Of a stretch of 64,000 nucleotides of DNA, positions 1 to 10,573 are shown one piece after another. Within the stretch, counting starts at the first letter, position 1. The number at the start of each line of letters is the position of its first letter. This stretch comes from Macrostomum lignano (lineage: Eukaryota): positions 166,177 to 230,176 of the forward strand of contig NIVC01001350.1 of the NCBI GenBank assembly GCA_002269645.1. The letters are read 5' to 3'. The position numbers and the translations under genes are program-made. Under the pieces are notes generated by a model. It was not told the DNA's origin, ran no database searches, and worked only from the letters and a program-made list of their open reading frames with translations.

Positions 1-812
1 CTTGTGAACTTGTGAACTGGTGAACTTGTGAACTGGTGAACTTGTTAACTGGTGAACTTGTGAACTGGTGAACTTGTGAACTGGTGAACTTGTAAACTGG
101 TGAACTTGTGAACTTGTGAACTGGTGAACTTGTGAACTGGTGAACTGGTGAACTTGTGAACTGGTGAACTTGTGAACTGGTGAACTTGTGAACTGGTGAA
201 CTTGTGAACTTGTGAACTGGTGAACTGGTGAACTTGTGAACTGGTGAACTTGTTAACTGGTGAACTTGTGAACTGGTGAACTTGTGAACTGGTGAACTTG
301 TAAACTGGTGAACTTGTGAACTGGTGAACTTGTGAACTGGTGAACTTGTGAACTGGTGAACTTGTGAACTGGTGAACTTGTGAACTGGTGAACTTGTGAA
401 CTGGTGAACTTGTGAACTTGTGAACTGGTGTGAACTTGTGAACTGGTGAACTTGTGAACTTGTGAACTGGTGAACTTGTGAACTTGTGAACTGGTGAACT
501 TGTGAACTCGTGAACTTGTGAACTGGTGAACTTGTAAACTGGTGAACTTGTAAACTGGTGAACTTGTGAACTTGTGAACTGGTGAACTTGTGAACTGGTG
601 AACTTGTGAACTGGTGAACTTGTGAACTGGTGAACTTGTGAACTGGTGAACTTGTGAACTGGTGAACTTGTGAACTGGTGAACTTGTGAACTGGTGAACT
701 TGTGAACTGGTGAACTTGTGAACTGGTGAACTTGTGAACTGGTGAACTTGTGAACTGGTGAACTTGTGAACTGGTGAACTTGTGAACTGGTGAACTTGTG
801 AACTGGTGAACT
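1..812. repeat. 16-bp tandem repeat (GTGAACTTGTGAACTG), a dimer of an 8-bp unit; runs off the window start
   Basis: Directly visible; ORF 45..863 is its translation. Confidence 0.97.
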
Positions 813-1354
813 AACGAATTGATGAGCTCGTATGTGCACCACACCTGCTTCTTTAAATAACATGTCCTATCAAAGCTATTGAATCAGTTTTCTAGCGTTT
901 TTCTGTATTCTAATATTTTTATAGTTCAATATGCAGACAGAATTGAAGGCATTTATATGTAACCTGCTACTACACAATGCCTTGGTGGTTGCATAAACTC
1001 GGTCAAAAGAAAAACCTTTAAGATGCTTATTCAGCACCTCCTTTGATGCAGAAATTGCCAAAAAGAAATTGTCTTTTATTCTGATCACTGTCCGTTTCTT
1101 TGTTTGGGTAATTATGCCCTTTTCGGGTGTCAGCGGACCTGCCTGTAGCAACTTGTCAGTGTCATGTCCGATGTCACTTATTTTTTATTATTGTTTAGTT
1201 TGTATAAAACTGTTAACAAAGGACTAAAATTTAATATTGTAATATTCCAGTAGGCGGATAGGGGGAAGGGGGAAATTAGTCAACTGAATTTTATTTCACA
1301 TTTGATCTCAGATTCGACCACCAACTTGTGAGTGACTGCAACAATTTCTGACAA

Positions 1355-1715
1355 CGTGACGCATGACAAGACAATAAGACAACACGACAACGACAATATG
1401 ACAAAAACTACATCATGACAATATGACAACACGAGTACACGACATGACAACAACAATATAACAACATGACAACACGACAACGACAATATGACAACACGAC
1501 AACGACAATATGACAACACGACAACGACAATATGACAACACTACAACATGACAACACTACATTATGACAATATGACATTATGACAATACAACATGACAAC
1601 ACTACATTATGACATTACGACAACACGAGTACACGAAATGAAAATACAACACGACAACATGACAACACAACATGAAAACGTGACATGACAATACGACACG
1701 ACAACGTGAACACGA
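1355..1715. repeat. Degenerate ACAACACG/ACAATATG low-complexity repeat
   Basis: Recurrent ACAAC/ATGAC/ACGAC units with variable spacing. Confidence 0.8.
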
Positions 1716-1872
1716 AGAACTATCGTCTGGCATGTACACACTGTATCCCTCCCGTGTGTTCGCTTTCATAAGTTGGAGAATTCGGACTGAGAGTTTTGGA
1801 CTTGTTGAAGTTGAATCCCAAATTGATTCGCGGAATCGAGTCTGGGCTCCCGAGAACCATCTCAATATTATG

Positions 1873-3129
1873 TTAATAATATTCGTTGACATAAACACGT
1901 AGCACAGCCAGTGTCAGAGTGGGCAGAGTCATTAGCAGGGCAGTAGCGGTTTGCCAAGTTGCGCCGTTGCACAAACCGCGGTCGCTGCAGCAGCTGTAGC
2001 AGGTCTGGCCCCGTCTGCGGCACAGGTCCTTGGCTGAGGACTGCGGCTGTTGGCGGCATTGGCGGGCGTCCATGCAGCCCTGAGGGGCGATTTGATGATT
2101 TTGATTCTGTTATTAAATGATTCTCACTTGAGTCTCATCAGATTCTCACTTGAGTCTCATCAGATTCTCACTTGAGTCTCATCAGATTCTCACTTGAGTC
2201 TCATCACATTCTCACTTGTCTCATCACATTCTCACTTGAGTCTCATCAGATTCTCACTGGAATCTCATCAGATTCTCACTTGAGTCTCATCAGATTCTCA
2301 CTTGAGTCTCATCAGATTCTCACTGGAATCTCATCACATTCTCACTTGAGTCTCATCAGATTCTCACTGGAATCTCATCAGATTCTCACTGGAATCTCAT
2401 CACATTCTCACTTGAGTCTCATCAGATTCTCACTGGAATCTCATCAGATTCTCACTTGAGTCTCATCACATTCTCACTTGAGTCTCATCACATTCTCACT
2501 TGAGTCTCATCAGATTCTCACTTGAGTCTCATCAGATTCTCACTGGAATCTCATCAGATTCTCACTTGAGTCTCATCACATTCTCACTTGAGTCTCATCA
2601 GATTCTCACTTGAGTCTCATCAGATTCTCACTTGAGTCTCATCAGATTCTCACTTGAGTCTCATCAGATTTTCACTTGAGTCTCATCAGATTCTCACTTG
2701 AGTCTCATCAGATTTTCACTTGAGTCTCATCAGATTCTCACTTGAGTCTCATCACATTCTCACTTGAGTCTCATCAGATTCTCACTTGAGTCTCATCACA
2801 TTCTCACTTGAGTCTCATCAGATTCTCACTTGAGTCTCATCAGATTCTCACTTGAATGCCATCAGATTCCACTAAAATCTCACTAAGCGCCAGTGAAATA
2901 AGTTACTCTACTAATGAATTACACAAATGTAAGACACTGGCAAAATGCCCAGCACTTGCCATGGAGTAAACCTTGGCGGCCGGGATTCCTCTCGGGTCCG
3001 GGATCTCGGCTTTGAAGCAGCAGTGGGAAGCCGATCTGCATAGGGTCACGGTTGACAGGCAGATTGACAGGTCTTTGGATGAGCTGCAGCTGTAGCAGCT
3101 GAGCTGCTGGGTATGAGCTGTGCTGGCTG
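1873..3129 (-). CDS. Ly6/uPAR (three-finger) family GPI-anchored protein, last two coding exons; signal-peptide exon not identified
   Basis: Exon 3129-2960 (ACTAAC branch, CTGCAG acceptor, phase 1): ..QLSCYSCSSSKDLSICLSTVTLCRSASHCCFKAEIPDPRGIPAAKVYSM. Exon 2079-1873 (CCTCAG acceptor): GCMDARQC...CYSCCSDRGLCNGATWQTATALLMTLPTLTLAVLRVYVNEYY*. 10-Cys pattern with terminal CCxxxxxCN followed by a hydrophobic GPI-type tail. Confidence 0.85.
2119..2870. repeat. 22-bp minisatellite (GATTCTCACTTGAGTCTCATCA) filling the Ly6 intron
   Basis: Directly visible; about 34 copies with a few variant units. Confidence 0.97.
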
Positions 3130-3239
3130 CTGCAGTTTTGAGTCGAGGGTAAGCAATCGTACATGTTAGTTTCCGTCTATATCGATGTCTATGGGCAAGA
3201 CCAAATCCACTGCTGTCAAATGGCAATTCTCAACTTGGT

Positions 3240-3485
3240 AAGACTTAGCTATAGCTTTTTGCAGTCCGTTTGGGCTTACACGCATTGAATTTAGTCTAAG
3301 ATAGGTTTGTCAAAGTAATGCCGCTTTTGTCTATGGTAGCAAGGCAGGCACAGCAGCATTTAATTTGGTCCAATTTTGGTCCTTGCTACCATAGACAAAA
3401 GCGCCATACTTTGGCAAACATATATATCTTGGATGAAATTCAATGCGTGTCAGTTCAAATGGGCTGCACAATGCTATACTGACTT
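3240..3485. mobile_element. Imperfect ~245-bp foldback/MITE-like palindrome
   Basis: GCTTTTGTCTATGGTAGCAAGG pairs with CCTTGCTACCATAGACAAAAGC, and ACACGCATTGAATTT with AAATTCAATGCGTGT; outer arms are more decayed. Confidence 0.7.
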
Positions 3486-4214
3486 GGCTTAAAAAGCAAT
3501 AGTTAATACGATGAACTGTCTATGGCCGAAATAGAGCCAAAACTCTATTATTAACCGCCCCGATAATAGCAAATGGTCAGCTTTCAGAAGTTTATGTAAA
3601 GAAAACAAAAATAGTCTCTGTTCTGCTTAAGCTTCAAGTTGTAAATATATCCGCTTAGAGCCTTAGAAAGCTGCGCAATTGCTTATAGCAGACAGTCGCA
3701 GCTTGTGCCCGTGCCAATGCAGTTAATTTATACAGAATTAACGATTTGCTCACTCGCGCTAATGAGGCCCGCACACTCAAGATACACAACACTTTGTCCA
3801 TGAATGCAAGAAAATATACTTTACTCGCATTCTAAAGCAGACTTTGCTGCACCTCTGCATGCAGTCCCATGCCATTTCCATTGCAGGAAAGTTATAACAC
3901 TTGGGCTTCGCTTCCTCAGCTTTGTGCAAACATTAACAGTTGGGGGGGGGGCATGGCGCACCTTTTGTCCCTGCATGGGTAGAGTTGAATAAATCAATTG
4001 GAGCCTTTGCACTGTCTCGCTGCTCAACACATGTATGCGGGTCATTGCCAGCACCGCGCTATCTACCCGTAGAGTGTAAGTGCAAAATACTACAGTAATG
4101 GAACAAAATATTTTACGTGTAGTACAGTTTTTTGCTATTTAAAGTCTAGCCAGGCTGAATTTAATCCGAGATTTTATTGACAGCTGAATGAACACACTCA
4201 GTTCTGATATATTT

Positions 4215-5309
4215 ATCTCTGAGATATTACATTAGACTCTGTGACATAATAATTAGCTCTGAGACATGACTCTAGACTCTGTGACATGATAATTAGCTCT
4301 GAGACATGACTCTAGACTCTGTGGCATAATAATTAGCTGTGAGACATGACTCTAGACTCTGTGACATGATAATTAGCTCTGAGACATGACTCTGGACTCT
4401 GTGGCATGATAATTAGCTCTGAGACATGACTCTAGACTCTGTGACATGATAATTAGCTCTGAGACATGACTCTAGACTCTGTGGCATGATAATTAGCTCT
4501 GAGACATGACTCTAGACTCTGTGGCATGATAATTAGCTCTGAGACATGACTCTAGACTCTGTGACATAATAATTAGCTCTGAGACATGACTCTAGACTCT
4601 GTGACATGATAATTAGCTCTGAGACATGACTCTAGACTCTGTGACATGATAATTAGCTCTGAGACATGACTCTGGACTCTGTGACACGATAATTAGCTGT
4701 GAGACATGACTCTGGACTCTGTGGCATGATAATTAGCTCTGAGACATGACTCTAGACTCTGTGACATGATAATTAGCTCTGAGACATGACTCTAGACTCT
4801 GTGGCATAATAATTAGCTGTGAGACATGACTCTAGACTCTGTGACATGATAATTAGCTCTGAGACATGACTCTGGACTCTGTGGCATGATAATTAGCTCT
4901 GAGACATGACTCTAGACTCTGTGACATGATAATTAGCTCTGAGACATGACTCTAGACTCTGTGGCATGATAATTAGCTCTGAGACATGACTCTAGACTCT
5001 GTGGCATGATAATTAGCTCTGAGACATGACTCTAGACTCTGTGACATGATAATTAGCTCTGAGACATGACTCTAGACTCTGTGGCATGATAATTAGCTCT
5101 GAGACATGACTCTAGACTCTGTGACATGATAATTAGCTCTGAGACATGACTCTAGACTCTGTGGCATAATAATTAGCTCTGAGACATGACTCTAGACTCT
5201 GTGACATGATAATTAGCTCTGAGACATGACTCTAGACTCTGTGGCATGATAATTAGCTCTGAGACATGACTCTAGACTCTGTGGCATGATAATTAGCTCT
5301 GAGACATGA
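4215..5309. repeat. 40-bp minisatellite (AATTAGCTCTGAGACATGACTCTAGACTCTGTGACATGAT)
   Basis: Directly visible; the unit is itself a diverged dimer of ~20 bp. Confidence 0.97.
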
Positions 5310-6009
5310 TTCTATGATTCTAATAATATCAATAATTCCAATAATATCGCATGATTCTATGTGATATTATCCTTTATTTAAGAACCCCCACAGCCCGAGG
5401 TAAATGAGGAGCCGAACTGATATTGTGTAATGTACAACAGAAATGCATCAGCATAAATATATGTTCACAGAGGAAACAGCAAACAAGACATAGTATAATA
5501 ATTCAACTGGCTATATTTAAAAATTCGTGGTTAATGTAAATTCATAAGTCATTAAAGAGATCATGATTAAGCGCATTTTACAATAGCAGTAAAAATGTTT
5601 TACAATATCAGATCTGCAGCAATCAATAAGAGTTTAGACATGCCATCGAGAAATAATATAGATAATTCAAACAGCTTAACAGATAAAAGGACGCAATAAT
5701 TACTATGAATATTTCGCTATTCCAAACTCGTCTCCAACAACCCTGATTGGCTACTCATAGTAGATGATGCACAGGCTGTATTACTAAAAGAGTTGAATAG
5801 CAAGAGCACAGAAAGTCTGGAAAAAGAAAAAAAGGCGTTAGTAATTGGTGCTGCAGCAAAATAAGCTTGTTTGTGCTGCTTTAAACTTTGCAAAAGGCAG
5901 AAATAATTAAGTAAATATTAACAAAGCAAAAGGAAAGAAAGGATTACATGTAGATATAACGTAATTTCATAAACATTTGATCATTTATATGCATAATCGG
6001 ACCCTGATT

Positions 6010-6450
6010 CCAGTCCAATTGGCTGGAGCCTGCTACACCCATCTCACTCCCATCCGATCCAATTGGCTGGGGCCTGCTACACCCACTTCACTCCAGTCCG
6101 ATCCAATTGGCTGGAGCCTGCTACACCCACTTCACTCCAGTCCGATCCAATTATTGGCTGGAGCCTGCTACACCCACTTCACTCCAGTCCGATCCAATTA
6201 TTGGCTGGAGCCTGCTACACCCACTTCACTCCAGTCCGATCCAATTATTGGCTGGAGCCTGCTACACCCACTTCACTCCAGTCCGATCCAATTATTGGCT
6301 GGAGCCTGCTACACCAACTTCACTCCAGTCCGATCCAATTATTGGCTGGAGCCTGCTACACCAACTTCACTCCAGTCCGATCCAATTGGCTGGGGCCTGC
6401 GACACCCATCTCACTCCAGTCCGATCCGAGTGGTTGGAGCCTGCTACACC
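6010..6450. repeat. 44/47-bp minisatellite (CCAATT[ATT]GGCTGGAGCCTGCTACACCCACTTCACTCCAGTCCGAT)
   Basis: Directly visible; the three overlapping + ORFs at 5977-6554 are its translations. Confidence 0.95.
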
Positions 6451-6550
6451 CACCCCACTCAAACCTGACTCGTGAGAAAACTCACCTCAATCTGATAGGC
6501 AAAACATCATTCATATTAACTCCACTGCCTGACTATCACAGCCAGCTAAA

Positions 6551-8265
6551 TTAGTACACCTGCGAGTCTCTCAGCGGCGGCCGCCTCGACCGGTAAGCCG
6601 GCGCCTCGCCGTATCGATCGGCGGTCCGGTGCCGCAGGCTGCTGGCCAGCACCGGGTTGTAGCGCGAGTCCATCAGGGAGCTGCCCGAACCGGGCGCCAG
6701 GCACTCGGCCTCGCCCCATTCCGGGTACTCGTGCGCGAACGGCGCGTACGGCCGCTCGTAGTACCACAGCTCGCCGCTGGAGTCGCTCCGTCGAAGCCGC
6801 GACGCCGATGCCCGGCGTCGCCGAGATCCGCGTCGACCGTAGTCCTCGTAGTCGTAGTCAGCTCGGCGCCGATGCGTCGGAGAACTGTCCGCGCTGCCGC
6901 CGCCGCCGCCACCGCCTCCGCTGCGGCCTCCCTGGTAGCCCCAGGCGGTCTCGCCCAGCGCCTCCTCCTCCGGGTCCATCAGCTGACGCGGCGGCCGCAA
7001 CCGGGTGCGAATATTGTGCAGCACCGGCTTCCTGCCAGTCAGCCCGTCGGCCACGTGGCGCACCACGAACGGCGGCCGGTCGTCGGTGCGGTAGCCGGCC
7101 CGGCGGTCCTCGCCGGCTGCTGCGGTCGCTGAGTCGTCGACCTTCGACATCGACGGCGGCCGTTTGCCATGACGACGTGCTCGACGGTCGACGCTGTCGA
7201 TGGCGGCGGCGGCAGAGCGGCGCGGCTGGGTCACCTCCCCGCCGAAGTCGTCGCCAACGCTGCCAGAGTAGCTGGTGCGCAGCTCCTGAACCACGGTGTA
7301 AGTGCAGAACTCCAGCTTCGGGCTGACGCCGGAGAAGTCGACTGTGCGGGCCATCAGGGCCTCCCGGCCGGTGTGGCAGGCGGGCTTGGAGGTGGGGGCG
7401 CTGGGGAACAGAAACTCGCGTCCGTCCGAGTCGAAGTAGGCGAGCAAGCGGCTGCCGCGGAAGGCGTCGGTGGCCTGACGGAGCTCGATGGCGATGGGCA
7501 GCTCCTCCAGCCGGTCCACAACGTCGCGCGGGTCGGAGGCTGGCCAGAAGTTCTTCTCGAAGCGGAACCGCTCGTGGACTCGAAGTGGGAAGACGGGCGC
7601 CACTAGGCGGGAGCGCTTGACCTGCGGAGGGAATTTGGGAGCTCAGTGGTTGAGTTCCAGCTTCAGTGCGGGTGTCAGTCGGTTCAGAAGGATGTCAGGA
7701 TGTTTTTCAGGGATGTCAGACTCCTTGCGAAGAGGTCAAACTTTGAAGAGTGTCAAGATCTCTGCATGCATCAGAATGTCAGGATCTCAATGAAGATGTC
7801 ATGGTCTCTATAAAGATGTCATGGTCTCTATGAAGATGTCATGGTCTCTATGAGGATGTCAGGATCTCAATGAAGACGTCATGATCTCTATAAAGATGTC
7901 ATGGTCTCTATGAAGATGTCATGGTCTCTGATAATGTCAGGGTGTCATAAACGAAGATGCCAGTATCTCTATGAGAATTTAAGAATATTCATTCGAATGT
8001 CAAAACATTGATGTCACACTCCTTATCAACGAACCCGATAATATTTGTATGTAAAGAGATGTCATTTCAGTAGGACGGATACTTTCACGATATTGCCTAT
8101 AAAAGCTTAACAGAAACGAGTTTTTAAACAAAACAGCTGACTCCCAACCTGATTTAAGAAGTCAATTGTGAGGTAGACGTCGTCCCTATGAGGCAGCCAA
8201 GTACCGGGGGACACAACCAGCTCTATCGTTATTTCTGCCGTGCACCGAAATCCTTTTGGAGCCAT
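6551..8265 (-). CDS. SPATA6: SPATA6-family protein (N-terminal SPATA6 domain plus long low-complexity tail)
   Basis: Exon 8265-8149 MAPKGFRCTAEITIELVVSPGTWLPHRDDVYLTIDFLNQ (CAG|GTTGGG) joins in phase 0 to the exon starting 7621 (CCGCAG|) VKRSRLVAPVFPLRVHERFRFEKNF...VSPKLEFCTYTVVQE. This matches the SPATA6 pattern (..CPG..L...DIYL.I...Q; FPL...FEK.F; PKLEFST..VI.E). Stop at 6551, unless CAG|GTGTAC at 6560 is a further donor. Confidence 0.88.
7690..7940. repeat. Degenerate ~20-bp repeat (GATGTCATGGTCTCTATGAA) in SPATA6 intron 1
   Basis: Directly visible. Confidence 0.85.
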
Positions 8266-10573
8266 CCCGCACTGTACTGGCTGCTGCAACCAAATCAAAT
8301 ATGTTAAGCTGCTATCAATTTAGTATCTATTTGCAAATCCAAGCTTAACTTTAGGATTTAATGCCTTGTCAACTAATTTAATATTAATAATTGATTTTAT
8401 CATGCAATGGCTAAAAATGTTCAATCTTGAAAAATTACTACATGCAAGTACATAAAGGAAGGACATAATTTTTCTAGAATTGTTTTTTGCATTTGGTTAG
8501 TAGAAATCAAAAACAAAAAGATATTTCTCTGCCTTTATTTGATAGTCGATGGTAAACAGTGTTAGATTTATACTCATAAAATTTCAAAATTAGTAAGAGA
8601 AAAAAGTCTTGCAAAGCTACAGAAAAAAATAGAAAGCTGTTCCCTTCCCTGTAGTTACTTAATGTCTAATGCAATTTAAAATTAAAAGCTTTAGTCTTTT
8701 GAAAATAATTTTTAAGCCTAGCAGCAAAGTTAAAGCATGAAGAAAAAATTGTCCCTTATTTTAGCACATTTTAGTTATTTTAATTCCGTTTTCAGAATAT
8801 TTTTGTTCAACTACCAAATAGACACTAGATTTATTAATTTAGTTTACTCACACACTTCTACTTAAGTTTCATATTAGGTATATACAGATATTACAAATAA
8901 AGTAAGGCAATAATATGTTAATTTCATTTTGTCAGTAATTCCGATCTATATAATCAATATTTAATAATATATTTAATGTCTCCTATACTTAGTATACTAG
9001 AGGCTATGACAAGTCATTGGTCTTGATTCTCGAAAATACTCTAACATAAATGCATAAGTAATTCACTTTGTCATTTTTGCTGCATTCAGACCAGTTTAGA
9101 CTAATAATCTATCTACAATATTTTCATTGACGATTACAATAATTTTTAAAGAGAGCAGATTTAGTAGTTAAATATGCGCCAAAGAATTTACGGCTTGTTG
9201 CCATGGCAAATTGTTAAAACCACCAAAAATAGCACAACTCTTTAAATAACGAGTAAATGTTATGCAAAGTATAGAACACCGAGACTGGGAAAAATAAACT
9301 TATAGCAATTTTTTTTTCATTTTTACAAAAACTAGGCTTTTTTATTTTCATATCTAGCCGTTATCTTCAGTTTTCTCTGTTCAATACTTTCGTTTACAGG
9401 CGTCGGTCCTTGACTGACACCTAACTACGAATGATATGTACTCAAAAATCTTTTCAGGATTAACTGCACCCACATCAAAAAAATAAATTTCAACATACAC
9501 ATGCATATACTAGCGAATTAAATGCATGCGCATATAACTCAGAACTATACTGCCGTGCAATTCATGTATGTCTTCACAGAAATGTACAGCAGCCCAAAGT
9601 GTATGCGAAACGCACATGACGGCTTCATTCGATTCAAGACTCGAGACCATTACAAATCTTGCTTTAAAACAACCGCACCAGGCTGGGGTGATTTAAGAAT
9701 TTTTGCAAATTTTGCATGTACCTTTAATTACAATAATATATATAGAGATCTCGTGTGTTGATGGAACTGATGAAAAACAATTAATCTGAGTTGGTTAATA
9801 CAGCTATACACATGTTAGCTTTAGACAAATGAAGTATTACAACGCTGTTGCGCTGTACATATTCGATTTTCTTAGAAATGATTGCTGGAGGCCGGTATGG
9901 AACAACTTTCGGTTTTTCGAGCAGCATATTTCTCGACCGAACGTATACTTGTCTATGGCGAACCTCCATAATTCAAGGCTATGTGCTCTCTTCTAGACAA
10001 ACAAATGAAGCTCATTTTATTATGACTCTAACTCATTTTTAAGAAAACCAAGGGCACAGATTGGCTATACGGTTTAGCATCTCAAAATGGATTTGCATCA
10101 GTAATATAAAAAAAAAATTACGCGCTTCTGTAAAGCAGCAGTACGAGTATATAGCGTGATACTGGTAAACTGCATGTATCGTGTTACGCGCATCTACTTC
10201 TGTGTATAAAAATAATCTTTATGTCAATATTAGTCGCTATCGTGAATTACCCAGTCACGTGTACAACAGGAATATCAGCTCTGTTTACCAGCTCTTTTGG
10301 CAGCAACTTCTGTCCTGCACGTCAGTCACGAATATCGCGCATCTATTAACTTCGCTTATCTGATCTCCGCAACCGTCTTCACTGAAACACAATTATAGCA
10401 AACTCGCTCGCAACTAAAAATAACATCGCAATCAAGATATACAAGACTGCATGCCTGGCCTCGTCAAGGATGATGCAGCCTTATAAAAACCGAGAGAGAC
10501 AACGTTAAATTCGTCGCTGGTTTCACAGTTCATCCACTCTATTTGGCCAACTTCAAAGACCGCACGACTGCTG

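Noticed and set aside
876-1151. AT-rich 91-aa minus-strand ORF
   Set aside because: No recognisable motif, non-ATG start, and composition unlike the GC-rich true exons.
4215-5309. Regular 22-54-bp arrays as possible CRISPR loci (also 2119-2870, 25045-25400, 48790-49580)
   Set aside because: Head-to-tail units with no unique spacers, no cas genes, and a eukaryotic spliced-gene context.
6546-7793. Overlapping antisense or alternative-frame ORFs over SPATA6 (likewise over the lipase, UPF3, IgSF9, LINE and 2-TM regions)
   Set aside because: Expected by-product of GC-rich coding DNA with few stop codons; no independent domain signal.
9370-10363. Short ORFs between the divergent SPATA6 and lipase starts
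   Set aside because: No motifs or consistent splice structure could be supported.
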